Shown here in pieces: positions 44,790-57,006 of a DNA stretch of 64,000 nucleotides. The stretch comes from Balanoglossus misakiensis (Eukaryota > Animalia > Hemichordata): contig CM082598.2 of the NCBI GenBank assembly GCA_040954595.2, positions 2,480,001 through 2,544,000 of the forward strand, read 5' to 3'. Under the pieces are notes generated by a model. The model saw nothing but the letters and a program-made list of their open reading frames with translations. It had not been told where the DNA came from and ran no database searches. Positions within the stretch are counted from its first letter, which is position 1. Each line of letters starts with the position of its first letter. A program made the position numbers and the translations under genes.

Positions 44790-47503
44790 ATGATGCATAA
44801 CCACCATATATTCATCTTCTTCATTCTGGTGGTCTGCAAACAAAGTAAGTTTAAAATAACGTTGCCGCGGTACAATACACAGAACCCTTTTCGTTTCTAT
44901 GCCAGTGACAGATATATTGTTTTATTCTATTTTGGATATAGATCACACGTTTGTTTGATACACAGATGTCATAATCATAGTTGAAATGTTTTTGTATGTA
45001 TGTAAGTCTATTGATAAGCCTACAGAAGAAGGGCTGTTGCGAGATATGACAATGTGGGCATGACAGATGTACCATTTGAAATTAATATGTTGGATGTTCT
45101 CGTGCAAACGTGTGCATGTATCATTTTCTCAGTTTGGTAAATGCGACCAGCATATAAAAACCATTGTTTCCATTCATGGCAACCTTGTCAGGTTTCTATG
45201 GATAGAAACAACGGCTTCTGAAAACTGTTTTGGGAGAAAGAAGGTTTTTCTAACACCATTCTTCCCCATAGCTAATGTAACACCAAGTATTTGAAATGAA
45301 ATCCAAAAATCAAACCTAAGCGAACGAAATCAAACAAAATTGCACTTGGGATAATTGATTGCTCGGACGTTGAAAGCATTCTTGCCAACCAAACAGTTGC
45401 TAATAGTTATTTTATCGGGGTGTACCTAGACATAAATATTTACAGATAATTTCTCTGCGTCACTGAAAGAGTCCATTAACACAAGCATTTTTGTACTGAC
45501 AAGCCTGAGTCGACAACCTGTCTATAACTGCCAGTGAAGAGACTTTCCTAAATTGACCTTTACAGGTAAGGGAGAACATGTCATGGTCGTGCAGGGCCTG
45601 AACGTAACGGGAGTACAAGCAGAAGAAACGCTTAGACACAAGCTCTTCTCTACGTATGACAGAACAGTGCGGCCATCAAACGATAGCAAAACACCAGTAG
45701 TCGTCAATGTTGCACTGTCACTCACGCAGTTGCTTGATGTTGTGAGTATTACGCATGTTTTGCGAATATTTCACGGCGTATGAATGAATCCTAATGCTTG
45801 TTAGTTGTATCACAAAGGTCAGGATGTGACGAGGATAGTATCAGAAACTATAGTATAACGCCCTCGTCGGCAAATCTACAAGTACCGAAACCATTCGAAA
45901 TCTTCCACTAATATCCGTATTCTTTTTTTGTTCTGAAACAGGATGAAAAACGACAAGTTGTCACGTTAAGCACGTGGTTATATCAGGTAATTTTCACACT
46001 GCGAGTGTGTTGTGAGTGACGGTTAATTAGCTTTACTATACTAAGCTTACTACTGCAATTAAGAAGTCGGTATTATCATAGCGTCTCGTGTACTTGTGTA
46101 TAAATCGTTAATCCAGCTAAAACCTATCTTTTCAGATTTGGCAGGATTATCGACTTGAATGGGATCCGGATGATCATTCGGCGATTAAATCATTGGCAGC
46201 TCCTGCCAGCGAACTGTGGTACCCAGATACGGCTCTGTATACAAGGTATTTGTGTGAAAATATAACATGTACAATCTATGGGCAGTTTACATGTGATGTG
46301 TATGGATCTTTGTTTTCTGCTGCGAAACCCGTAAGTTATGTATTGTAGGCCATTTTGCTTGACTATTTGCATATCACGTGACCACGCTGCGTGTATTTCT
46401 TTCCTCGCAGTGCTAGCGAAGAACATGATAATTTTCCCAAAGTGATTACAGACACAACGACAACGCTGATACGCTTCGACGGTAACGTCACCGCCTGCTC
46501 CGCCCACATCTACATAATCCCGTGCAAGATGGATATTGTGAACTTTCCCTTCGACAGACAGTCGTGCGACATGACAATCGGCACCTGGGTGTACAACGTG
46601 ACCCAGCTCGACTACAAGCCTATGTTTGACACCATTCAGTACGAAGGCTTCATACGCAACACAGAGTGGAGTCTCACCGGCTCCGCTGTTGCCAGGCACA
46701 CGGCAGACTTTATTGTTTTCTCGGGGACATACGCGTACATGTCCTTTACCGTTTTCATGGAGCGCAAACCCCTCTACTATATTGTCAACCTAATTTTGCC
46801 ATGCGCTCTTTTCTCTCTTCTCTCGGTCGCTGTCTTTCTCCTACCGCCCAACTCAAACGACCGCATCAACATGGGCGTGTCCATTTTACTGACACTGTTT
46901 GTTTTTAATTTACTTGTAGCTGACATCATGCCCCCGACTTCTGAAAATGTCCCAGCGCTATCTCTCTACCTGCTATTTAATATGGCGAGCATTGTGGGAG
47001 TTGTCGTCATTTCCGCTTTTCTCATCTCTCTATACGGACGGCGAGGTAAGATTCCACATTGTGCGGAACGTGTCTTTTTGGACATGCTAGCTAAAGTCGT
47101 TTGTCTGGACAAGAAGGTCAATGCCAGTCGAGCTGGTCGCGGTAAAGTTTTGCCGTCGACATTTAACGGAATATCCAGGTCCGCCATATTGGTTGCGCCG
47201 TTCGAGCCGGAAAGCCCTGAAAATGAAAACGAGGCAATCGAGACGCGCGCGCAGTTCCGTTGCAAGTGCGGCGAGGGACCCGAAAAGCTTAAGGCGATGG
47301 AGAAGGCATTAATGATGCAAAATGCTCGCTTTCTTCGTGACGTTGTGCGAAAATTGGAAGAAGTGGTTGATTTGCAACGGCAACTTAACTTCAACGAAGG
47401 CGCGGAGGAATGGCAAACGCTTGCACTGGTCATTAACAGAATCGTGTTTATTTTGTTCCTCATTATGTACATAAGTGGCACCGTATTCATTTTTCTCATG
47501 TAA
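44790..47503 (+). CDS. nAChR-like Cys-loop channel subunit E (non-alpha), ~492 aa
   Basis: Exons 44790-44844 (MMHNHHIFIFFILVVCKQ), 45566-45741 (QAEETLRHKLFSTYDRTVRP..QLLDV), 45942-45986 (DEKRQVVTLSTWLYQ), 46136-46245 and 46411-47503 (Cys-loop CKMDIVNFPFDRQSC, M1-M4 in one exon, TAA). Confidence 0.93.
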
Positions 47504-48607
47504 AATGGACAAATAGACTGCGTTGATGCTTAGCTCTCATATAATCGTTTGTGGAACGATCAATATCGTGCTCGAGTGACTTTGTTGTAGGATTTTACCG
47601 GAAGCCTCTCTGAACCACAAATAGTAATCTTAATGGTCATTAGCGCGAATTATTCAAATGAGCTGTGTGCTTCAAAGCAGATGACTACGCAGGTGCAGTA
47701 CATGCTTATCACATTCCATAGACTTACATGTAAAAGTTTGCATCGTTCCCACGAGAGGGCACTATGTCAGTCTAACATTTGTCGACAAAGCACAGGTGTT
47801 GACTGTTTGTCATCGAAGTATTTGCTACCCCATAATTCATTGTTTTATGGGATTTTAGTCATATCTCTAAACGAGAGGTTTATTACACCTAATATAAAGT
47901 CCAGGAAAAATAAAATGGTGTATAATGGTGAATAAATGCGGTATATACCAGTACATGTAACGTAGAGATTTTTTCTACAAAAAGTGAGATGTCCGCGCTG
48001 AGTACAGTGCACAGAACACGTGGACACTAGAGTTACTCGAACTTTATTTTATCAGCACAACGCGCATGTGCATGATATGCCTGTTCTACCCAACTCGGTG
48101 TTGCTATTGCGTCGGTTGCTACGTAGGTACAGATAACATACCATCATTCATCGGTTATGCTATAATGCTTCTATTTTTAATGGATTTCCGCCCAGCTCCC
48201 TGCTGTAGCACCACATGACGACTCGACCCCGCATACCAGCGAAGTCGATACTCGCCAGCCTGAACTTCGAACCCGGAAAGGTGCACATTGTCACGGCCGA
48301 TTGCCTTGTCATTTTCTGCGTGGTGCACAACATAGACGCACCGACCTCGGAGAGCTGCTGTCACAAAATACAGGCTCCACTGAAACTGTAAAAAAAACGC
48401 GCAATCAATTACATTCATCGTTACTTCTAATACCAAACCGACGTCTTCCGCTTTCCTGTCGCAGACACAATAGCGAAAACATGTAAACGTGGTTTGTGAC
48501 GCAAGTACGCACACTTCCCCGTGTCTAGGTCTGCATAGCGTTGTATTTCCACATTTTCTGCTGGACGCAGCCTTTAAAAACTATCTCGCTGCACCCCGAG
48601 CTCGAGG

Positions 48608-51600
48608 ATGGCTTCCTTCGCTCCACTACACAAGCATGTCTCTGTGCTGGTCCTGCTTCTACAGCTCGTCACAGTGGTAAGTGCAAATTGTCTATTGTGT
48701 CTGACTCAAAACGCATTTCATCGTCCTTCACATTACCATCGACATACATCACGAAGTTTGCGAATACCTGAACACTGATCATAGCATTGATAAACACCAA
48801 TCGACTTTAGGTAAAGTATGCTTGTACATGACCATGATTGTTTTTACTAATTGATTTATAAATAAGTTGTTGACATAACATTACTGTATAGGGATTATCA
48901 AGGGAGCGTGTAAAGTCTATTAATAAATTCCACGATACAGACACACAGTACGGTAATGATTGCAAGCAGATAACAAAGTACATAGTTGTACAGTAACTGA
49001 CGGGTAATGTTTGGTGGACTGCCGCGAGCGAAACAAAACGCTTGGATAGCAACCATGGTGGAAATTTACAAAACTACTGGGGACAGAGTTCATACTGAGC
49101 GGACTTTGTGTGCGCTCTTCTCGCTGATAAATTAAAGTAGTATGCGCTTCGAAAAAATCTTAAAACATTTTCTCCTATTTTGTTTTAGACTATTCTCTCT
49201 TAAAATTGAGATATAGCATATTTGGGGGGGGGGGGTGAAAAACGTTCGAATGACAGAGCGTGGATAGAGGATTTGCTGATTACGATTTTAGCGCGTATGA
49301 CGAGGCGGTCTATATTTATACCTAAATAAAACTGCGCAATTTGAACAAACAGTATTGCCTGATTTTCTACAACTTTGAGTCAGAAAGAGCCGCCGGGGTG
49401 CGATTAAGCCTAATTGAAATAAACCGGTGTTCGCGAACTGGATAACGATATAAAACGGAATGTCGCTGTAACCCATAGCAACGTTTGCCGCATGCACGCG
49501 AGTGTTGAGTCAACTGTGGACAGAAGCGCGCATAATTTATTGTGCATCTCGTAAATGTCTCCAGTGGTTTTACTGGCAGATTACGCTCACTTCTCAGAGA
49601 ACTACAGCTGCGTGCACGCGTGCACACGCAATGCATGAGCTAAAAGTTAATCTGAAGTAAAATGTAAAATGTAAACTCTCGCTCGAGGAAATAGAAAAGT
49701 TGTGTCCGGGAAAACTTCATTTCACTACTCTTTTTTTAAAACTTTCCTTTCCTGTAAGTTGAAACGAGTGAAACTTCGCTATTTCTTGTCACGTGTGGTC
49801 GCTGGTCCGGGAGACGCTGTCAAACGACTGACGTTAAATACACTGGGCTTCCTCATTTAGATGAAAAATGTGTGTTAATATTTGTGATTGCGTAGAAAAT
49901 TTCAAAAGAAATGAAACACACAGATGACGAACGATAACACTCGATATGGTTATCTAATGATATGTCACAATCACGGTTGCTAGGTCGACTTGGTACGTCA
50001 TTTCCAGATGCACATTGATCAGAAGGAGTGAATAACATTATTGATCAGCGAGGCATCGTGTCACGTGATCAGATTTCTTTGTTTCATATCACATGACTGC
50101 CCGATATATTTCCTGATAAAAGCTGAAACATATATAAATATAATAAATATTCTTAGTCAAGACAGACGAGTATTTGCATAGTGTCAAAAACGCCATTTTT
50201 TATTTTTATTTTTGCACTAACGCATTTAGGGTCTGGTCAGTTTCTTCGGGTCACCCCCCCCCCGTCCCATCACCCAATTCCCAATTCCCGGACGAAGAAC
50301 CTGACCAGTCCCTTAGCCTCAGTGAATAACCATTGGATTGAACTGAACTTTTTTGTGAACTCTCAGTTGGGCTGTGAACCCAGATCTGTCAGAACTCCTG
50401 CTTGCCTGTATAGTGACACAGATGATGACTTTTGACCAGGCACAGTCTGGAGGGTCCGTGGACCCGGAAACGTGCTCTATCAGCCGGAAGTATATTGATA
50501 CTGTTTCCTCGTTTCTCGGTTTGAAGGAATCTCAATGCATGTGACGTAATCAAGACGGTCTAATTTTAGAGCAGTCGGTATTTCCCTACAAGGCACCTGG
50601 GGTATCCCCCCTTCAAAATACAGCACGAGGAAAAAGTGATTCTCCAGACGCTTTCGAAGGTGCTGTCGAGTACTGTACGAATTGTTTTATGAAGTTCTAA
50701 TATGAGAGCAGTTTATGTCAAAATGGTGTCAGTACTCCTAGCAAAGACCCTCAGCTCGACATAAACTATTGGTGTCACAGTGTCAGAAACCCTTTCAAGA
50801 TAGTTGTATACTGTTTGGGTTTATAGGGTCCCCACTCAAAACAAGTTGATCAGAAAGCATCAACAACACTGGAAATGAGGGCAGGGTAATAGCACTTGAC
50901 TCAAAAATCCCATCGACCACAAGTGGTTCAAGGACAGGCCTCTACCACTGAACTGGGTCAAGCATTTCGTGGCCGATTTTCGGTCACCGTGTTGTTCATA
51001 AGACGACGGGGGGGGGGGGGGTATATATGCAGACACACAGGGAAAGAGAATATAATTGGCTTCCTCTTCTGTTGGCACGGGCCAAAGAGTTAATAGCTAT
51101 GACCTCCGTGATTGGACAATGTGTTCAGTCAACGTTGAAAAGACAAACAAAACAGCTTTAACTGTGTGAACCTGTTTGTCATTGAAATACAGGTAACTAC
51201 TGTATGAACCTGTTATGGTAGTTAAGTACAGGTAACTACTGTAAAGGCATTGTGAATGAGTAAAGTTACTAAATCCGAGTCAATTCCAACAGCTCAAGGA
51301 AGTAACTGGGACGAGAGACTTGTAGAATGAAAATGGCCTATTGCCCTCACACTTTATTTATAAAAATGCCACTATTTTCTGTATTTTTTGCCCTGTAGGA
51401 TGCCACTACTTATTTTCCCTTAACGTCACCAGTGCAAACAACACAGTCTCCTTCTCGGACAACGGAAAACCATGAAACAACAGCACAGAGACTGACAACA
51501 TTGGTAACGACTACATCCAGTGAACCGCCAGCAACCTCAGTCGCGGTTGAAACTACCGTCGTGTCGACCCGACCGGACACGACAGCAACCAGACGGACTA

Positions 51601-54503
51601 CCACTAGACTTCCGACGTCGGAACTGCAGACGGAACCGAGGACTTCCGAGTTTCAAACGACGACGGAGTCGAGAACTACCGGACGAGGAATGACGACGCA
51701 AGGTCCGTCAACCGTCCAGACTACTGAGCGGCAGACGTCGAAAATGTCGACAGATTCGAGCACCGTTGCGCTGCAGCAGACAACAAAGTTGTCAACGGAG
51801 TCGGGGACAACCAGGGGAGAGACCACGGACTCAACAACGACAGCGAAAGCAACTTCTGAACACCAGACGACAACTGTGCGAGAAACCACAGAACCGACCA
51901 CTGCGCGTACCACTCTAACTACCAGGGGGATAACCAGCGCATCGACGTCTGCGCGACAAACTTTACAGACCACATCCAACAATCCTACCACCGATAAACC
52001 GACAACATCCGCGGCAACTTCATCAGCCCAGCCGCAACCAACATCAAGCCAGCCGCAACCAACCCCGACAACGATTCCAACAGAACGGAGCACGACAACT
52101 AAACCCGGGCGCACACCAGGTCCCAGTACAGCACGTCGGACCACAACCCGTCTCCACACGACATCGAAGACTCCTCAGACTGATACACGTACTAAACTTA
52201 CTACCAAGAATTTGATTACAACGCCGACATATCGTTCAACGACTGGCGATGAGGGGGCGAGTGACACAGGCGGTAATTGAATTTTCTTAATACTAGTATG
52301 TATCTGATTCGATGCATAGCTTCGATGTCCAGTTGCCAGAGCGACGGATGGATGGATTCATGGATGCATATAGATGGATGCATCATATTTTAGTTCCCAT
52401 ATGGTAGTGGTAGTTGATGTCCGTCCGTCCACCTGTCTGTCCGTCCGCCCACCCGTCTGTCGGTCTGTCTGTCTGTCTGTCGGTCTGTCTGTCTGCCTAC
52501 ATGCCTGCTTCCCTGCCTGTCTTAAGTGCCATAGATAGCACTGACAGACAGTTCAAGACGAAACACTTGCTGAAATGCCTGCATGGCACTTCTTCCTGAC
52601 AAAAAACCAACCAGACCGAATCCTCACCAGTTTCTCTGTTTCCTCTTCCTTGCAGGTTCTACTTCAGTCGCTCTTATTCTGACCCTGACCCTCTTGTTCC
52701 TTGCTCTAATCGTCATCATCATCCTGGCCTTTCTCTACCTGCGGCGGCACCACACGGACTCTGGAGACGTCAACGTAGAAGCGCCCACAGAGGTAACCGA
52801 CGAGAATATTAGACTGGTTAGTTTAGAAGGGAGCGGACCCCGATATTATATATTCCGCTGAATGTACAGTTGTGGCTCAATATTCGAAGCGTAAATTGGT
52901 GTCAAAGCGTAAATTGGTGTCAAGCTTTGTCACCTGTACCTTTAAAGAGCAAATTTCACCATTTCAAACTGTATATTCATCTCATTTAAAGACGAATTCT
53001 GACAGTCACGGTTGTGGAATGCCCCTGGCCAATCTGTTAGTAATCGAGCTTTGCTCTTGCATATCTAATGTTATATCTACTGACTGCAGTAGAGATGTAT
53101 TTTTGCATATAAGCCTACCAGTTCAAAATTTCAGCTCGGATATCCACTACGACAGTTACTGGCCAATAACAACTTACCACACGCTTTGCCAGTACACTGC
53201 ATTATACTTGTATATGCACACACCTAATATACAGAGGGTTATTCATTGATTTTTCAGCGTGGTTTCCCCCGAGTGGCGTCTTTCATGACAGCTACCTTGA
53301 AACGAGAACAGACGGTATATCTATTAGATTTACATCAGTTGGGCGTGACGCCCCCGTGCACCTTGCATGCATGCAAAACATATACGACAATGCAGACAAT
53401 TGATAACAATATATTAATACACACGCATTCACAACCTATTAACAGTAGTAGAACCTTTTCTCTGAAAAGGGCTAGAATTTAATGTTGTAACCACAGAATC
53501 TGTCGAAAGGCCCCATTAATTACGTTACATCATGAGCATTTTGCATTTCAGTCAGTTTATCGTCAGTCCATGACAATGAGCTGTCAATCCTAATAATAGA
53601 CCTTTTAGAGGAAACAGAGATAAAGCTCCATTCCATGCATACAGAAGAACATTGATTATAAAATCATTAACTGATGTTTATATAAGCTTTGTTTAGGCCT
53701 AAGTCTGTTTTTCACACACTACGTCATTTCCATATAGAGTTCAAGTAGTTGTAACATAACTGCACGCACGCTATATTTACTGTGATGAACAACCTATAAT
53801 CACATCACTTGAACCATAATCAGTCCATTCCTTGGCTGCGTGTAATGTGTAAGCCTGAAGTCATTTTCACTTATCGACTATCATGTATTAAGTGCAACAC
53901 CTTGAAAATCATTAACTTGTAGATGGCTAATCATCTAAATTATCCGGATGTTGGTTTCAGGTCGTGCGCAACGTCAACAACAACGACAATTACCGACGAA
54001 GCATGCATTTCAACCGCGGCAATCTTGCACTTCTTGATATCATTGGAAGAGGCAGCTACACTCAGGTTATGACGGGTCAGGCGTGGAAGGTCATTGACGA
54101 TCAGACGGTGTCCACTGTCGCAGTCAAGATGCTCCGAGGTGCGTTTATTAAATGGCTTCTAACTTTAAAAAGGAACACCTATCTATCTCTTCTGTCGTCT
54201 TTTCTTTTCTAGCATAGTCAAATAACGTTGTAACGCAGTCATTGTATATAGTCATACTTTCTTACACTTTCACACAGACGATGCAAGAGAGCTGGATAAA
54301 GCACGTCTCATATCAGAATTGGAAACAATGCGTAAACTCTTGGATCCACCGCGTAACATCATCTCACTTCTGGGATACTGCAAGGATGAGGGTGAGTGTG
54401 ATGTCATCATTTCAACAGTTATTGAGTCAGTACACTCCAAACTCGTGTAGCTGAATGTTAGGACTGGGCCTATATATCCAACAGCGCCAATTGGATATGT
54501 GAC

Positions 54504-54589
<86 letters not shown>

Positions 54590-56110
54590 CTTCTCACTAT
54601 CACACACAGATCCTGTCTACATTATCTATGAACGCGCAGAACGGGGCTCACTTCAAAGTTACTTGCGGGGAATAAGAGAGGAGTATTACAGCGACGACAG
54701 TACGGGAGACAGATCAAAAATCGCACCAATTCTACTCAGATTTATCGAAGAAATCGGCCAAGGGCTCGGATATCTTCACTCTATGAACGTGAGTGGTTGG
54801 TGTTTCTTATTATTTACGCGTGAAGCGCCCTCAGCAGTTCTTTTTTTCTCCCTCAAGATCCACGCGTTTATTTATTGACATACCTGTACTGAAGGAGTGA
54901 AGAATTAAATTTGATAAGAGTATTGGAGTTATAAAAAAGTTGGTGATACATATAAATTAAAACAGATTTGTAACTAACTTTTTTACTACAGGTAGTCCAT
55001 GGTGATATTTGTAGTTTAAGTATACTCATCACGGACGACTTGGTAATCAAAATATCTGACATAGGAAAGCAGCCTACAGATAAATCTGGAAAGTGCAGGA
55101 CACTTGACAAGGTATTTTTAAAATCATTATTTCACTCATGTGGATTGCTTTTGACAATTTATGAATCAGATTTACATCTGGAGTTAAAAGTGGATTTAAT
55201 ACGACTGTTTTGTCATTACTTTGCTTTGTAGTACTCCAGTTTACCTGTTCGTTGGATGTCCCCTGAGATGCAGCGAGGTGAATTATCAGCCAAATCGGAT
55301 ATATGGGCCTATGGAGTGGTCATGTGGGAGATAGCAACACTGGGTAATTAATAATTTTGAACCTCTTCTTTGGTTGAGCAGATCGATGAGGTAGCACTGT
55401 TTTGTTTTCACTGGTCATTATTTAAACCGTTGATTCCATGCAGGGCCATTATTCAGATAAAGCTTGGCATTCTGTTTATTTTGGATCATTGACAACGTTT
55501 TCCTCTTTTTTCTGATAATGGGTTTTGGTGCATCGTATGTTACTTATAAGTGCAAGTTCTCCATTGCAGGTGCAACACCCTACTTCACGCTGTCATGGGG
55601 TGAAGAAGTCATAGTCTGTGTCAAAAAGGGCGGTAGATTGGAAAAACCAGAACATTGTAGTCAGGATCTGTAAGTAGACATGCAAGTAGTGATACATATA
55701 GCACCATCTGTAATTAATAGCTGATGTATTAAGTTATGATATTGCCATTTGTACATTATGTCACACATGTGACACCTTTGTTATTTTAGATATAACACAA
55801 TGATGAAGTGTTGGACAGACGATTCTAAACAGAGACCAGCTTGCAAGACTATTATCAGGAAAAGCCAGCAATTCACAGGAAATCAGTCAGTAAGTCATGC
55901 AAAATTTGTTTACACAATATAATCTTAAAGGTATATACGGTCACCTCAATTTACATACTAATTCATGATTGCATTTTAGCCGAAGAAGCCTCTAGTATTC
56001 TCAAATATTTGTTTTCCCTTTTCACCGAACAGGACCTATTAAACATGGAAGAATTCAATCCAAATCTGTATGAGATCATAAAGACTCCTTCAAGAGACGA
56101 GAAGTTTTGA
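48608..56110 (+). CDS. single-pass receptor tyrosine kinase-like protein with mucin-like ectodomain and degenerate kinase domain, ~690 aa
   Basis: Exons 48608-48676 (signal peptide), 51399-52272 (Thr/Ser/Pro-rich), 52656-52816 (TM; alternative donor after 52792), 53961-54138 ([13 protein letters not shown]), 54278-54391 (LISELE..NIISLLG), 54610-54788, 54992-55111 ([12 protein letters not shown]), 55232-55343 ([21 protein letters not shown]), 55570-55669, 55790-55889 (CW..RP) and 56033-56110 (TGA). All phases are consistent. Confidence 0.88.
50229..50312. mobile_element. tiny MITE with TTA target duplication (PIF/Harbinger-like)
   Basis: TTA|GGGTCTGGTCAGTTTCTTCG ... CGAAGAACCTGACCAGTCCC|TTA; 18/20 terminal inverted repeat match. 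Confidence 0.7.
54508..54587. repeat. (CT)n microsatellite in a kinase-domain intron
   Basis: ~80 bp pure CT just upstream of the 54610 acceptor. Confidence 0.97.
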
Positions 56111-56699
56111 AGAAATGGAAACGAAAAGTGGGAAGAGGATTTATTGAAAAAGTCCAGTTTATTTACTCAAAAGTTGATTCCCTGTATGAAGGTCTTTAGG
56201 GTGTTATCGATTGAAGCCATAATTTCATTGACCTGACCTTCACGTGGACCTTTGTAGCAACTTAACTAGTTTGAAAAGTTCTGTTGGGATGTTAGATTTA
56301 TACATTCAGTACGTACGCGTGTTACATTATACTATGTACATACCCTCAAATTCTTCACAAGTGTATTAAGGAAAATTCCTTGGTGTTATATGTAGAGATG
56401 GAATTTTCTGCAATATTTATTCGCAATTGTTGATGTAATCTTTTAAATGGACATTTACTTTAACTTTTGGATATCTTATTCGGTTTTAGCATCAAGTGTC
56501 AAGGCTTGTCTTGAAGGATGTGCATGTATCATCCTTGTCATGTACTTGTGATTCTTTCACCTCAACACATTCTTTTACCTGAAAGTCATGCCAGCATTGT
56601 TTCAAGGAACATGTACATAAGATCTTTTGCAATTAAAATCTTTATTGTTGAAATAACAGCCTTATAATTGATTGGAATTCGTAAATCCTAATGTATGGA

Positions 56700-57006
56700 A
56701 CAAGCCCCTTTTCACGCGCACGCGCTGTGTGCAGATCGGGCACGTGTTGGCAGCAAATTATGCAGATGAGATGCTGAGACGCGCTCTTTGTGAACGGTGG
56801 TGGCGTTTAGTCTTTTTCCCTGACCTCATGAATTTGACCCCAAGCGCCATTTTGTCGTCGTTTTCTTGTTTGGGTTCCGTCGCTGTTTCTTCATGTAACA
56901 ACGCTGTTCTGGTGGTATAACCGTCGCTGACGTACTGGTCGTCTGTCGTTATGTGTTCAGCAATTTTGGAAAGGGTTTCGACGTGCTGCGAACGACTTAT
57001 TCTGAG
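56700..57006 (+). promoter_or_regulatory. CpG-rich promoter/first-exon-like island
   Basis: CG-dense relative to flanks; YY1-like GCGCCATTTT at ~56844; TGACGT at ~56929; ends at a donor-like GAG|gtaaag (57006). Confidence 0.35.

Noticed and set aside
46190-47499. Minus-strand ORFs of 169 and 177 aa (and similar shadow ORFs over genes A-D)
   Set aside because: Antisense or alternative-frame shadows of GC-richer coding exons with no protein motifs
51653-52159. Val-rich 168-aa minus-strand ORF
   Set aside because: Reverse complement of the Thr-rich mucin exon
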